64,000 nucleotides of DNA from Verrucomicrobiota bacterium (GTDB taxonomy: Bacteria > Verrucomicrobiota > Verrucomicrobiia > Limisphaerales > AAA164-E04): positions 1,440,001 through 1,504,000 of the forward strand of contig CP170459.1 in NCBI GenBank assembly GCA_047947115.1. Reading direction: 5' to 3'. Shown piece after piece: positions 29,185-39,623 of this stretch (its first letter is position 1; every line of letters starts with the position of its first letter). The notes under the pieces were generated by a model. That model was not told the origin of the DNA, searched no databases, and saw only the letters and a list, made by a program, of their open reading frames with translations. A program made the position numbers and the translations under genes.

Positions 29185-30534
29185 TCAGAGTTTATTCGGA
29201 GATTCTTGGATGCAATAAAGCTTGTTGAGCGTTCGGATATAAAGTCTGCCATGAGCCATGGCGGGTGTTGCCATGCACATTTCGTTGAGAGAATTGGTGT
29301 GCGATATTTCAAATTGATCGCCCGCCTTGATCACATAAGTGTCCCCATCTTCGCTCAGACAGAAAATATGGTCCCGGTACGCCCAGGGTGAGGCGGTGAA
29401 GCCGGTGCGGCCTCTTGGGTTGAATCGTTGTTTTTCGTATATCTCCGCTCCGGTTGTCGCGTTGCGACAACTGAAAAAACCAAAATCCCACAACACAAAA
29501 AAGCGGTTTTGATAAAGGATGGGTGATGGGTTGTAGGGGGAGGATTCAGGTTGCATCCAGGCAATATGGGCGTTTGAAAACAAACCCTCTTCGAGTGAAA
29601 TATCCCCTGAAGCTCCCGGTGTGACCACATACACCGGTTTGTTGGGGTGTTCCTTGTCTCCGACATAACCGGCCGCCAGAAACAGCCGGTCGCCATCCGC
29701 AAAAGGGGTGGGAATGCAGATGGTGGACATCCCTTTTAAGGTCCACAATTCTTTTCCACTCAAATCGTAGGAGCGGGTTTTGTTCACGCCGGTTGTGATG
29801 ATCTCCGTGCGCTGGCTGTTATGCCAGACATAGGGTGTTGAAAAGTTCGAGGGTTCGTTGCGTGCAATCTTCCATAACTCTTTTCCAGTTTTTTTGTCGT
29901 AGGCCGCCATCCAGGAGTCTTCCATGTTGTCGTTCACGATGATCACGGTGCCTTCATGGAGAATAGGCGAACTTGAGGTGCCCCAGCCATAGCGCGTTTT
30001 TCGGGGATCCCATTCGTGCTTCCAGACTACCGTTCCCTTCATATCCAGACAATAGAGCCCCATGTAGCCGAAATAGACATAGACGTGTTCACCGTCGGTT
30101 GTGGGTGTTTCCGAAGCGTAGGTGTTTTTGACATGAATGCTGGAATTGGGCGGAGCCTGGTGCAGTGTGGTTTCCCATGCCGTTTTTCCGGTGTCGGTGT
30201 CGATGGCCATGACATTCCAGTGTTGATTCTCTTTGGATGGCTCCGGTCTTTCTCCGCCGAAATAGAGTCCTTTTTTGGGTTCTTCCACTTCGCCTTCACT
30301 CATGACGGTGACCATGAACACAAGCTTGTCCCAGACGATGGGCGATGCCCATCCTCTGCCCGGAATGGAGCGGCTCCAGGCCACGTTTTCCGTTTCGCTC
30401 CATCGCATGGGAAGTGTTTCATCGGTTCCGATGCCACGCGAATCGGCGCCTCTGAAAGCTGGCCAGTTTTGTTGAGCGGAAAGGCTGAATGCGAAAGCGA
30501 CGATCAGCATGATGCTATGTAGTGAGCGATGCAT
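29185..30534 (-). CDS. Secreted PQQ-binding-like beta-propeller protein
   Basis: NWPAFRG, GWASPIVW, ASETPTTDG, ATPAMAHGRLYIRT. Confidence 0.88.
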   Translation of the reverse strand: MHRSLHSIMLIVAFAFSLSAQQNWPAFRGADSRGIGTDETLPMRWSETENVAWSRSIPGRGWASPIVWDKLVFMVTVMSEGEVEEPKKGLYFGGERPEPSKENQHWNVMAIDTDTGKTAWETTLHQAPPNSSIHVKNTYASETPTTDGEHVYVYFGYMGLYCLDMKGTVVWKHEWDPRKTRYGWGTSSSPILHEGTVIIVNDNMEDSWMAAYDKKTGKELWKIARNEPSNFSTPYVWHNSQRTEIITTGVNKTRSYDLSGKELWTLKGMSTICIPTPFADGDRLFLAAGYVGDKEHPNKPVYVVTPGASGDISLEEGLFSNAHIAWMQPESSPYNPSPILYQNRFFVLWDFGFFSCRNATTGAEIYEKQRFNPRGRTGFTASPWAYRDHIFCLSEDGDTYVIKAGDQFEISHTNSLNEMCMATPAMAHGRLYIRTLNKLYCIQESPNKL

Positions 30535-30875
30535 GAAGATATGGCAGCATGAATGGTTCTCCAATTCAAACCTATTGTGCATCGGCTTTGGACGTGCCGA
30601 TACAGTTCCTCCTTCTTGAAAAACGTTGATTCCAAAAGGTATTTAGGGCATGAAGTGTCGTTCTGCTCCGCTTAACGACGATTCTGAGTTAAACCAGAAC
30701 CGAATGAAACCCGACAAAAACCAACTTAGGAGTTAGTTTGGGCGCATTGATCATCATCTTTTTCCTTGTTGCGAGCGCTTTCCTGGCGGGAAGTTTTCGT
30801 AAACTCCATCAGCGATATCAGGACGCCTTTGCTCGTGAGATGTGACACGTTTTTCTGGCGGAAACGCTTTCATTC

Positions 30876-33017
30876 TTGGTAATCCTCTTCCTGGCAACGA
30901 AATGGCCCGTCCTCTACATTTCACTGGGTATACTGAACATCATCAAAGGCCCCTTTTACTGGAATACTTTTCGTGCCATTCATGGAGATCCTCCGGTTCG
31001 AGGGTGGGCATTGAAATTGGCCATCGCTTATTTTGTATTCAGTCTTGGATGCAATTGGTTGATTCCGTCTGATAACAATTTTCTGTTTTACTCGACCAGT
31101 GCCTGGTTTCTGGTGGTGCATATACCAGCGGTTGAATGTTTTAGGAGACGTGCGAAGATCCATGCAGTCAGTCCGATGTTCATGTTTGGCTTCATGCTTT
31201 TTTCCAAAGTGGCGTTTCTTTTTACCATTACTTTTGTTATCTATAATGAGGAATGGGGCGGGGTCTTCTTTTGCCTGTACTGCATGGCAAATCTTTCACT
31301 GGGGGCCGTCGGATTCATGGTGGCATTGGGAAGAGCCAGGGAAGAGTATGAATCCAGGTTGCTTCAAGCCAAATCTGATTCCGATGACCTGAATCTCCAG
31401 CTGATATCCGCATTGGATAGAGCTAAAATTGCGGGACGAGCCAAGGATGAGTTCCTGGGAATCATGAGCCATGAATTAAGGACTCCCATCAGCGGTATCA
31501 TCGGAATGGCCTCCGTGCTCAAATCCAGTCCACTGAATGATGAACAACAGGAATTCGCCTGGGCCATCGAGGATAGTGGTAAAGATTTGTTGTTACTGGT
31601 GGAGCAAATTCTTGATTTTTCCAGGTACGAGTCGGGACAGATTCCTGTGGAGGAGAATCCTTTCTCTGTAATCAGGTTCATGGACCACGTCCTGGAGCTC
31701 TTGGGGGGACAGTCCAATCGCAAAGGGATTGAGTTGCTGGTTTCCATGCATTCAAACGTTCCGAATATGGTCGTGGGAGATGAGGGGAAACTGCGGCAAG
31801 TAATCATCAACCTCCTCAACAATGCGATCAAATTCACTGACAAAGGACATGTGTCGGTGTCCTTGAAAGTTGTTTCAGGCCCCAATGTTCAAACCGGCAA
31901 GCGATTGCAATGCCAAGTGAAAGACACCGGCCCAGGCATTGCTGCTGAAGACATGGGGCGGTTGTTCACACCTTTCTTTCAGGCGGATACTTCTTCTACT
32001 CGCGAATTCGGCGGAGCGGGGTTGGGACTTGCTATTTCAAAACGGTTGATGCTTGCCATGGGGGGGGACGTCACCTGTGAAAGTGAACATGGGGAGGGCA
32101 CGACCTTTACGATTCACTGGCCTTTGAAACGGCCTTCCGAAGGAGAGCGTGCCACTCATTTGGACGCCTTTTCACGGTTGAAAGGTATCCACATATGGGT
32201 GATTCATCAGCATGATGCTTTTGGTGATTGGGTGGAGAAGTCTTTTAAAGAGGCTCAGATGCAATCCAGGAGCTTTCCTTCTGCCCAGGATGCGATCGAT
32301 GCTTTTACTCATTTGGATGATCAGGATTGGCCCAGCATGATTATTCTTGATGAAGATTCGTTGGCGGGTTGTCCTATGGATCGTCCACTGGAGCTTCTCG
32401 GTAAATGTATCGCCTCTGCTCAAAAAAACTGCAAACTGGTGGTTCGCAGCAGCCACCGGTTTCAATCACAAGCCAGGGTGGATGGAATCCTTCGACGTCC
32501 CACCACCCCGAATCGGATGATCATTAAAATTGACCGGATACTTCAGAAAACTGCGAGTCAGTCGAATGTCCTGTCTTCCAAAACTTCATCGGCTGCGGAT
32601 TTGGTTTCGACCCAAGTCCATCAGGGTGCATGTTCGGTTCTGGTGGTTGAGGATCATCCCATCAACCGAAAGTTGGCCGTTATTTTGTTGGAAAAGCTCA
32701 ATTGTCGAGTTGTAACTGCGAATCATGGGGAAGAAGCTCTTGGCTGCATGGAAACACAATCATTCGACATCGTTCTCATGGATCTGCACATGCCGGTTAT
32801 GGACGGTTTTGAGACAGCCCGAACGATCAGGCAGAGGTGGGGCGACGCGGATCGGCCTTTGTTGGTGGCCCTTACCGCAGCTGCTTCCCAGCAGGATCGT
32901 GAGTTGGCCAAAGCAAGCGGGTTGACCGAGTTTCTGACAAAACCCATTCAATTCGAGCAGCTGGAAAAGCTGGTTGAAAGAAGCAGGCGGCCCAGGCCCC
33001 CTTCTAAGATTTCTTGA
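30876..33017 (+). CDS. Membrane hybrid sensor histidine kinase/response regulator (5' part cut by a nonsense codon; original start about 30738)
   Basis: MSHELRTP H-box, NLLNNAIKFT, DTGPGI, GAGLGL, receiver domain VEDHPIN..MDLHMPVMDG..KP. Confidence 0.9.
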   Translation: MVILFLATKWPVLYISLGILNIIKGPFYWNTFRAIHGDPPVRGWALKLAIAYFVFSLGCNWLIPSDNNFLFYSTSAWFLVVHIPAVECFRRRAKIHAVSPMFMFGFMLFSKVAFLFTITFVIYNEEWGGVFFCLYCMANLSLGAVGFMVALGRAREEYESRLLQAKSDSDDLNLQLISALDRAKIAGRAKDEFLGIMSHELRTPISGIIGMASVLKSSPLNDEQQEFAWAIEDSGKDLLLLVEQILDFSRYESGQIPVEENPFSVIRFMDHVLELLGGQSNRKGIELLVSMHSNVPNMVVGDEGKLRQVIINLLNNAIKFTDKGHVSVSLKVVSGPNVQTGKRLQCQVKDTGPGIAAEDMGRLFTPFFQADTSSTREFGGAGLGLAISKRLMLAMGGDVTCESEHGEGTTFTIHWPLKRPSEGERATHLDAFSRLKGIHIWVIHQHDAFGDWVEKSFKEAQMQSRSFPSAQDAIDAFTHLDDQDWPSMIILDEDSLAGCPMDRPLELLGKCIASAQKNCKLVVRSSHRFQSQARVDGILRRPTTPNRMIIKIDRILQKTASQSNVLSSKTSSAADLVSTQVHQGACSVLVVEDHPINRKLAVILLEKLNCRVVTANHGEEALGCMETQSFDIVLMDLHMPVMDGFETARTIRQRWGDADRPLLVALTAAASQQDRELAKASGLTEFLTKPIQFEQLEKLVERSRRPRPPSKIS

Positions 33018-33171
33018 TCCGATGGGCATGATTGTCCATACTGGTTTCACCTTACATTGACTCTCGTCGTATGGCTGAACTCCTTGTTTCAATCGTTGTG
33101 AAGTCAGACACATGCTCGGTGCGGTTCTCAGGGGTGGGAATGGCAGGTGCCGGCGACTGCATGAAACACTA

Positions 33172-35829
33172 ATGTCCTATCTTGCTGTAGGTTTTATTTT
33201 GCTTCTTGATCTGGTCCTCGTCTGGGGATTCATGGTCTTCCACGGGCAACTGCGCGAGCGCTTTTACAAGCGTTGCGGATGGGCTTTTGTTTTTGAATGT
33301 CTGGCAACGGTTACTTTGTTTTTTGTTGAAAATGAGGCATGGCGTCCTTTGACCTTCACTTTATTGTTTGAATTCTACACGCTCAAGGGGCTGATGTTTT
33401 GGTCGGCAGTGCTCAGTCTGGACACCCCCAAATCCCATAAGTGGTGGATTCCTGCTGTTTTTGTCGGATATTGCCTCGCCGTTATTGTTCCGGCCATTCT
33501 GGATGCACCTGAGATTCTTGTTGCCCAGATTGCCATTCTCATTCCCTTGATGTTCAATCTGGCTCCTGCCTGGGCCCTGTACTGGAGTCGCTGGATATCC
33601 TGGAAGTCTTTTCAACTGCTCTTCGGATGCATTTTACTTTCGCAGTTGCTGTTCAACGCGGGATCGCAGTTCGGCGGTGTGGATCAAAAGTTGTCCATGC
33701 TGTTGTTTTACCTTGGGATGGTATCCAATGTTTTTGTGGGATTGTCCGCATTTGTAGTAGGCATGAAACGTTTGCAGGGGCGATTGGAAGTGGCCTTGAA
33801 TACGATTACATCCATTCAAAACCAGACCGAAGCCATCGTGAAAGCATCGATGGATTCCATTTTGATCACTGATTTGAATGGAGAAATTCGATTTGCAAAT
33901 CCGGCCGCCAGCATGCTGTTTGTCGAAGGCCGCGAGCATCCCCCGAATCTTTTCCGTCACCATTTTGCCCCGGAAACAAGGGATCAACCGGCCTTCACAC
34001 TCGAACGCATCCGAGATGAAATCATCGTAGGTTCCAATCAGTATGTAAGGTGGAACTGTATGTTGGACCACGATTTGCAGGGGAAGGTGCCGGTAGAGTT
34101 AACGGCTGTGCCCATTCAGAACGAAGAGGAGCATTTGCTTGCGGTCTATATTCGCGATTTGCGGGAACAAAGAAAAAATGAGGCGGAAATCATCCGTGAA
34201 CGCGATCGAGCGGAGCAATTGAACCGGCAATTGAGTTCGGCTCTTGAACAGGCCCAGGTACTCAAAGAACAGGCGGAACAGGCTAACGCCGCCAAGAACG
34301 ATTTTCTTGGTGTCATGAGTCATGAGCTGCGTACTCCATTGAGTGCCATCATTGGCATGTCCTCCATGTTGGAGGAAGAGTCCTTGTCCCCAACCCAGCG
34401 ACATAGTGTCGCCGCCATCAATGATTGTGGGCAGAGTTTGTTGTTGATTATTGGAGACATCTTGAACTACTCCAGAATCGAGGCTGTAAAAATAGAGATT
34501 ATTTGCCAGCCGTTTCAGTTTCGTGACTGCCTGGACCAGGTGGTGGACCTGATGAGGAATCAATGCAATCATCAGGGCATTCACTTGCTCCCAATATTGC
34601 ACCCCAGATTATCTCCATACTATGTGGGTGACATAGGGAAGATTCGCCAGATACTTACCAATTTTGTCAGCAATGCTGTCAAATTCACCGATGCCGGCCA
34701 TGTATCCATCGAGATAAACCCCAGGAAAGTGAATGGCCAGGAATCCGCCGGAGTGGAGATCGTCATCAAAGATACGGGGATAGGCATCACCGAGGAGCAG
34801 CAGGAAAAATTGTTTGAAGCATTTTATCAGGCAGATTACTCGGCGAGCCGGCGTTATTCGGGTACCGGGCTCGGTTTGGCCATCTGCAAGCGTCTGGTCG
34901 GGGCCATGGGAGGGGAGATTCAGGTTCAAAGCACATTGGGTGTAGGTTCTACTTTTACGGTAATGCTGCCATTGCCTTCCGCTGCACCAGAGGATGTCAC
35001 TGAGGTGGTTTCCACGTCAGACTACCTTCAGGCCTTCAGGAGCAGGATTTATTACGTCAATCCATACAAGCCTGCCAGAGAGTGGATGAAGACTTATCTG
35101 GATGCCTATGGAATGCGAGGCGGATGCTTTGAATCGCTTGATGCTATTCCTGGTGACGTCTTTCATGATCAAGATGAAGCCGTTTTGTGGGTAGTGGACC
35201 AGCAGGTCATGGGGCAGACAGAAAGCTGGCAGACCTTTCTTTCCGAATGCGAGAAGCATTATGGGAACGGGGAACTGCCATTGATTGGCACGTACGTGCA
35301 TCCTGGTAAACGGCTGTCTTCGACCACTCAAAGTCTTGCCAAACCATTCTTCTTCGAACAACTTCTACAGCAGGCAATAAAACTGGTAGCTTCCACCCGC
35401 CAGGAAACCAGACCTTCGAAGATCGCGGCATCGAGCCAGGAGCAGGAATCGCTCCTTGGATTGAACATACTTGTCGCGGAAGATCACCCTATCAACTGTA
35501 AACTGGCCCGGCTGTACCTTGCCAAATTGGGATGCGAATGTCAGGTGGTCCATGATGGGAATGAAGCGCTTGAAGCATATGAAAAACAACGCTTTGACGC
35601 CGTTTTGATGGATCTTCACATGCCAGGGATGGACGGTTTTGAAACGACCCGTCATTTAATGGATCGGCATCGCAGCGGAGAGAAGCGTCCTTATGTGATT
35701 GCATTGACCGCGGGTGCATCATCACATGAAAAGGCCAAAGCTGCAGAAGTGGGGATGAATGATTTTCTGCTGAAACCGGTCCGGATTGAACAGCTGAGAG
35801 AGGCCCTGAAGGGAGCGGTTGCCAAATGA
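33172..35829 (+). CDS. Membrane hybrid sensor histidine kinase with PAS and receiver domains
   Basis: Multi-TM N-terminus; PAS (DSILITDLNGEIRFANPAA); MSHELRTP; GTGLGL; AEDHPIN..MDLHMP..KP. Confidence 0.92.
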   Translation: MSYLAVGFILLLDLVLVWGFMVFHGQLRERFYKRCGWAFVFECLATVTLFFVENEAWRPLTFTLLFEFYTLKGLMFWSAVLSLDTPKSHKWWIPAVFVGYCLAVIVPAILDAPEILVAQIAILIPLMFNLAPAWALYWSRWISWKSFQLLFGCILLSQLLFNAGSQFGGVDQKLSMLLFYLGMVSNVFVGLSAFVVGMKRLQGRLEVALNTITSIQNQTEAIVKASMDSILITDLNGEIRFANPAASMLFVEGREHPPNLFRHHFAPETRDQPAFTLERIRDEIIVGSNQYVRWNCMLDHDLQGKVPVELTAVPIQNEEEHLLAVYIRDLREQRKNEAEIIRERDRAEQLNRQLSSALEQAQVLKEQAEQANAAKNDFLGVMSHELRTPLSAIIGMSSMLEEESLSPTQRHSVAAINDCGQSLLLIIGDILNYSRIEAVKIEIICQPFQFRDCLDQVVDLMRNQCNHQGIHLLPILHPRLSPYYVGDIGKIRQILTNFVSNAVKFTDAGHVSIEINPRKVNGQESAGVEIVIKDTGIGITEEQQEKLFEAFYQADYSASRRYSGTGLGLAICKRLVGAMGGEIQVQSTLGVGSTFTVMLPLPSAAPEDVTEVVSTSDYLQAFRSRIYYVNPYKPAREWMKTYLDAYGMRGGCFESLDAIPGDVFHDQDEAVLWVVDQQVMGQTESWQTFLSECEKHYGNGELPLIGTYVHPGKRLSSTTQSLAKPFFFEQLLQQAIKLVASTRQETRPSKIAASSQEQESLLGLNILVAEDHPINCKLARLYLAKLGCECQVVHDGNEALEAYEKQRFDAVLMDLHMPGMDGFETTRHLMDRHRSGEKRPYVIALTAGASSHEKAKAAEVGMNDFLLKPVRIEQLREALKGAVAK

Positions 35830-35939
35830 CGCTGCGTGCATGTGTTCTCCATTGTTTCTGTGCCATTTGTGTCAACAATCCAGAGAGCCTTCTCAAGCAA
35901 ATAAGTTGGACCAACAATCTGTATTTCATCCTTAACGGT

Positions 35940-35968
35940 TTGACTTGGTTTCTACCAGGGCTTAGAGT
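35940..35968 (+). promoter_or_regulatory. Putative sigma70 promoter
   Basis: TTGACT-N17-TAGAGT just upstream of the polyprenyl synthase ORF. Confidence 0.4.
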
Positions 35969-35977
35969 GATACCATA

Positions 35978-37027
35978 ATGATAGTGTTAGGAGTCAATCC
36001 GGTTGCCGCTGAAAAAGATGCGACCATTTTGAAAGCCTCGGGAGCCGATTGGTATTCATTCCTGAGGCCCATGGAACCCTTTTTGCTTGCCGTCAGCGAC
36101 CAGCTTCGCGAACAGGTAGCGGCATTTGAACCCGAGATTGCTTCCTATGCCGAATACGCGCTTTCCAACCAAGGCAAACAATTACGGCCTTCTTTGGTTG
36201 GATGTGCCGGAAATGCTGCGGGGGGGGTTGATGCATCATTGGTCAAGGCGGCGGTCATAGTGGAGATGGTGCATTTGGCAACTCTCGTCCACGACGATAT
36301 CATGGATGAAGCATCGGTTCGCAGACGTCGTCCCACTTTGTGCGCCCGCTCCGGAAATGAGGTTTCAGTTCTGTTGGGGGATTGTCTCTTTGCTCGTGCA
36401 CTGGAACTGGCTTCAGATTTTCCAACAACCCAGGTCTGTCGTTTGGTGGCTCGTGCGACCCGCAATGTTTGCACCGGGGAAATCATACAGACCCTGAGAT
36501 TTAGGAAAAACTTGCTGGATCGCGAACAGTATCTGCACACCTTGAAACTCAAAACCGCGGAACTTTTCGCCCTGAGTTGTGAGCTGGGGGGGCTGATTTC
36601 AGGGCTCAACGAGGAAGGTTTGGACGGGCTCAGGGAGTATGGATTTTCCTTGGGGATAGCGTATCAGATTTATGATGATTGCTTGGATATTTTCGGGGAT
36701 GAATCCCAGGTAGGAAAGTCTCTTGGAACCGATCTTGCCACCGGCAAATTGACACTTCCGGTTCTTCAATTGCTCGAAAAAGCGCCTGCTGCTGAAAAAA
36801 ATGAAATTAAATCTAAACTTTTTCAGTGGAATGGTGGTCAAATGCCATGGTTGATGGAATTGCTGAAACAGTTCCAGACCTTGGAAGACAGTAATGAAGT
36901 GATGCAAGATTATGTAAGGCAGGCAAATGCATCTTTGAGTGTAGTGGAAGGGGACGGTCGCTCCCAAGCTTTGAAGCAGTTGTTGGCCTACCTTTCGCAC
37001 CAGATTGCCAAATTGAGTTACAAGTAA
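35978..37027 (+). CDS. Long-chain polyprenyl diphosphate synthase (IspB/HepT-like)
   Basis: GKQLRP, ATLVHDDIMD..RR, LLGD, KTA, YQIYDDCLD..GK..GTDL. Confidence 0.9.
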   Translation: MIVLGVNPVAAEKDATILKASGADWYSFLRPMEPFLLAVSDQLREQVAAFEPEIASYAEYALSNQGKQLRPSLVGCAGNAAGGVDASLVKAAVIVEMVHLATLVHDDIMDEASVRRRRPTLCARSGNEVSVLLGDCLFARALELASDFPTTQVCRLVARATRNVCTGEIIQTLRFRKNLLDREQYLHTLKLKTAELFALSCELGGLISGLNEEGLDGLREYGFSLGIAYQIYDDCLDIFGDESQVGKSLGTDLATGKLTLPVLQLLEKAPAAEKNEIKSKLFQWNGGQMPWLMELLKQFQTLEDSNEVMQDYVRQANASLSVVEGDGRSQALKQLLAYLSHQIAKLSYK

Positions 37028-37114
37028 AAGGGTTGCTTTCTGAAAACTTTAACCAAACAACACTGCGCGGAGAAGCCAACGGTCCGCGATCAGCAGCCTG
37101 CTGTTCCCGATTCT

Positions 37115-37693
37115 TTGTCGGAGTTGGAAGACGCTGTACTGGTGCGCTCTTCTCAGGAAGGGGATTTGCGTGCATTCGACGAACTGGTACGCCGCTACCA
37201 GCAGCGAGTTTATGCCACCGTCTATCACATGACCTCCAATCATGAGGATGCCGACGATCTGACCCAGGAAAGTTTCATCAAGGCATTCAAAGCCCTGAAG
37301 CGGTTCAAAGGCGACTCCTCATTCTACACCTGGGTATATCGTATTGCGGTGAACCGGACGATCAATTTTCTAAAGCAAAGGAATCGTCGCTCCTTTCACA
37401 TGAGTTTGAATGATATGGATATGCAGGTGGAAAAAGATGCCGACCTCCTCATGTTCATTTCCGACAAAACGCCCCGGCGGGACATTCGCCTCAATGAACT
37501 GCAGGAAAAGCTGAACGAAGCGCTGATGAAGCTGTCTGAGACTCATAGATTGACGGTGACATTGCACGACATTCAGGGGATGTCCCACGAAGAAATCGGC
37601 AAAATAATGGACTGCAACACCGGAACAGTCCGTTCTCGTCTTTTTTATGCCAGACAGCAACTGCAAGCTTATCTGTCTGAATATTTGAATTAA
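37115..37693 (+). CDS. ECF RNA polymerase sigma factor
   Basis: DADDLTQESFIKA, FYTWVYRIAVN, region 4 EEIG..GTVRSRLFYAR. Confidence 0.92.
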   Translation: MSELEDAVLVRSSQEGDLRAFDELVRRYQQRVYATVYHMTSNHEDADDLTQESFIKAFKALKRFKGDSSFYTWVYRIAVNRTINFLKQRNRRSFHMSLNDMDMQVEKDADLLMFISDKTPRRDIRLNELQEKLNEALMKLSETHRLTVTLHDIQGMSHEEIGKIMDCNTGTVRSRLFYARQQLQAYLSEYLN

Positions 37694-37705
37694 AAATCCC
37701 AAACC

Positions 37706-38215
37706 ATGAATGATTCTCAGCAACCAGCATCTTCAAGAATCGAAAAACTGATTGCCCTCAAACGATACGAATGCCCGCCTCCGGGGCATGCCGAGCTTCT
37801 GACCTCAAAAATCATTTCACGGCTCGAGGCCGAACAAATGCGAGCTCGCGAACCCTGGTATCGGCGGTGGATGCATGCTTTGGATTTGAACCCTATTCTG
37901 ACCACCGCTTATGGTGGAGTGGTGATGGCTCTCATGTGGTTGGGGTGGCACTATGGCGAACATTTTGAAGCAGAGGCTCCAGCGAAAGTCTTTGGCAATG
38001 CTGGCCTGCAGATGGGTTCTTTAGGACTCATGGGAAGCATGTCCTCCGATGAGGACGCTTCATCCCTCGGGATTACCCTGGAACAAGCATTCCAGTCCGT
38101 TCAGACTTCTTCCAGCGTGCAGCCTCGTGTGCATATTCCAGGAAGCCCGGTCCCCTGGTTGAGGGAATCCATGGCGGCGCGCACTTTAAGCCATGCCGAT
38201 TTCCAGCCTTACTGA
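37706..38215 (+). CDS. Putative single-TM anti-sigma factor
   Basis: Directly follows the ECF sigma gene; cytoplasmic N-terminus, one TM segment; function inferred from context. Confidence 0.55.
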   Translation: MNDSQQPASSRIEKLIALKRYECPPPGHAELLTSKIISRLEAEQMRAREPWYRRWMHALDLNPILTTAYGGVVMALMWLGWHYGEHFEAEAPAKVFGNAGLQMGSLGLMGSMSSDEDASSLGITLEQAFQSVQTSSSVQPRVHIPGSPVPWLRESMAARTLSHADFQPY

Positions 38216-38240
38216 GACTCTGTTGGTGACGTCGAAGAGA

Positions 38241-38963
38241 TCAGGCCTTCAGCCATTGCGTTACTTTATCGACCATAAGCCGGGTGGGCTCTCCTTCAAA
38301 AATATGGTCCGCACCTTCTATCCGGAACAATTCGGCTGATGGTTGGTTGGATTGAACGTCCAAGGAATCTTGCAGTGGAACCACATCATCTTCCGTGCCG
38401 TGAACCAGGAGCCATGGGACGTGAATGGAAGAGGCCAAATGCTGAACTGAAGAAATAGTCGCCATGTCATTCATATAGGCAGACGAAAGGGGGCATTCCG
38501 GTTTCTCCCACATGAGTCCCGCGCCGGGAGTTTCCCCTCCAAACTCACGCTCTGCAAACGCCTTGGTGTGCACCATCCCGGCGAGGGAAATCAGTTTTTG
38601 AATGCGGTTGTCCATGGAAGCTCTCAATACCCCGACGGCCGCCCCCATGCTGTGTCCCGCATATGCAATTTCACAATTGTTCAATGCATCCAGAACACAG
38701 GACAGGTCTTCCACTTCCTTGGAGATACAGGATTCCTCAAACCGTCCCTCCGAATTGCCGTTACCTGAAAATGAAAACCGTAGTGCGTGGATGCCATGGG
38801 CCGATAAATTCTCAGCCAGCGCTACAATGAGCGGGCGATCCTTGTTGCCTGTGACTCCGTGCCCAATGATCACCACCTGCCGGTTGGTATCCGAACCAGG
38901 GTGAAGTGTGTGATCAAGAAGCTCGCCCGCCATGTTCCTGATTTCTCCCAAATCCATATTCAT
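38241..38963 (-). CDS. Alpha/beta hydrolase
   Basis: HGVTGNK, GHSMG nucleophile elbow, HGTEDDVV, GADHIF. Confidence 0.88.
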   Translation of the reverse strand: MNMDLGEIRNMAGELLDHTLHPGSDTNRQVVIIGHGVTGNKDRPLIVALAENLSAHGIHALRFSFSGNGNSEGRFEESCISKEVEDLSCVLDALNNCEIAYAGHSMGAAVGVLRASMDNRIQKLISLAGMVHTKAFAEREFGGETPGAGLMWEKPECPLSSAYMNDMATISSVQHLASSIHVPWLLVHGTEDDVVPLQDSLDVQSNQPSAELFRIEGADHIFEGEPTRLMVDKVTQWLKA

Positions 38964-38974
38964 GGGGCGATGGT

Positions 38975-39007
38975 AAAAGAAAAAGGACGCCTTGTGAAGA
39001 CGTCCTT
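38975..39007 (-). terminator. Rho-independent terminator of the DUF4399 gene
   Basis: Minus strand AAGGACGTCTT-CAC-AAGGCGTCCTT followed by TTTTCTTTT. Confidence 0.6.
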
Positions 39008-39036
39008 CCATGATTCTTTCAAATAGAGGCTGAGTG

Positions 39037-39468
39037 TTACTCAGTTACATAAATGGTGATTTTCTTGGAAACCACCGGTTTGTCATGTGGGATATGTAGA
39101 TAATCACCCAGGACCAGTTGCAGTGTATGTGTGCCGGGTTTAAGCGTCAGGACGGTTTCTGTTTGCCCTTTGCCAAAGTGAACGATTTTGTCGGTTGCAG
39201 GCAATGGAATGTCAAAGTTAACCTTCTCTTCCACATCGATCAGCATGTGATGATGGCCCGTGTTTTCCAGTTTGACCCCTGCCGGAGCGATTCCCATACC
39301 GGAAAGACCAAATTGAACTTTGACCGTGGTGCCGACCACTTCACCGTCAGCCGGACTGATGATGTAAGAACGAGCACCCTCGGGGGCTTTGGATTTCGGG
39401 AGAGCACCTTGACCCAAGCCGGTCAGGGTGACAAGTGACAGTACTAATGCGAATACAATTTTTTTCAT
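39037..39468 (-). CDS. DUF4399 domain secreted protein
   Basis: VQFGLSGMGIAPAG, TGHHHMLID, HFGKGQTE, PGTHTLQL, HIPH. Confidence 0.85.
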   Translation of the reverse strand: MKKIVFALVLSLVTLTGLGQGALPKSKAPEGARSYIISPADGEVVGTTVKVQFGLSGMGIAPAGVKLENTGHHHMLIDVEEKVNFDIPLPATDKIVHFGKGQTETVLTLKPGTHTLQLVLGDYLHIPHDKPVVSKKITIYVTE

Positions 39469-39623
39469 GGTTGTTCGATGAATCCTCTGTTTGTTAACGT
39501 TGTCCTGAATAGTAGATCCTTTGTGAAGCCTTCACGCCAGGTTTGAGCCGAACAGGCTTCAGGAACATCGGGCATAACCTGACGCACCTCCATGGGATCA
39601 GCAAGTTAATTTTCCCGAACAGC

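Noticed and set aside
1764..30845. In-frame TAG/TGA codons (1764, 13088, 30843) as evidence of stop-codon recoding
   Set aside because: Conserved genes here (speA, uxaC, aroA, helicase) have no internal stops, and TGA/TAG end many normal genes; point mutations or consensus errors are simpler
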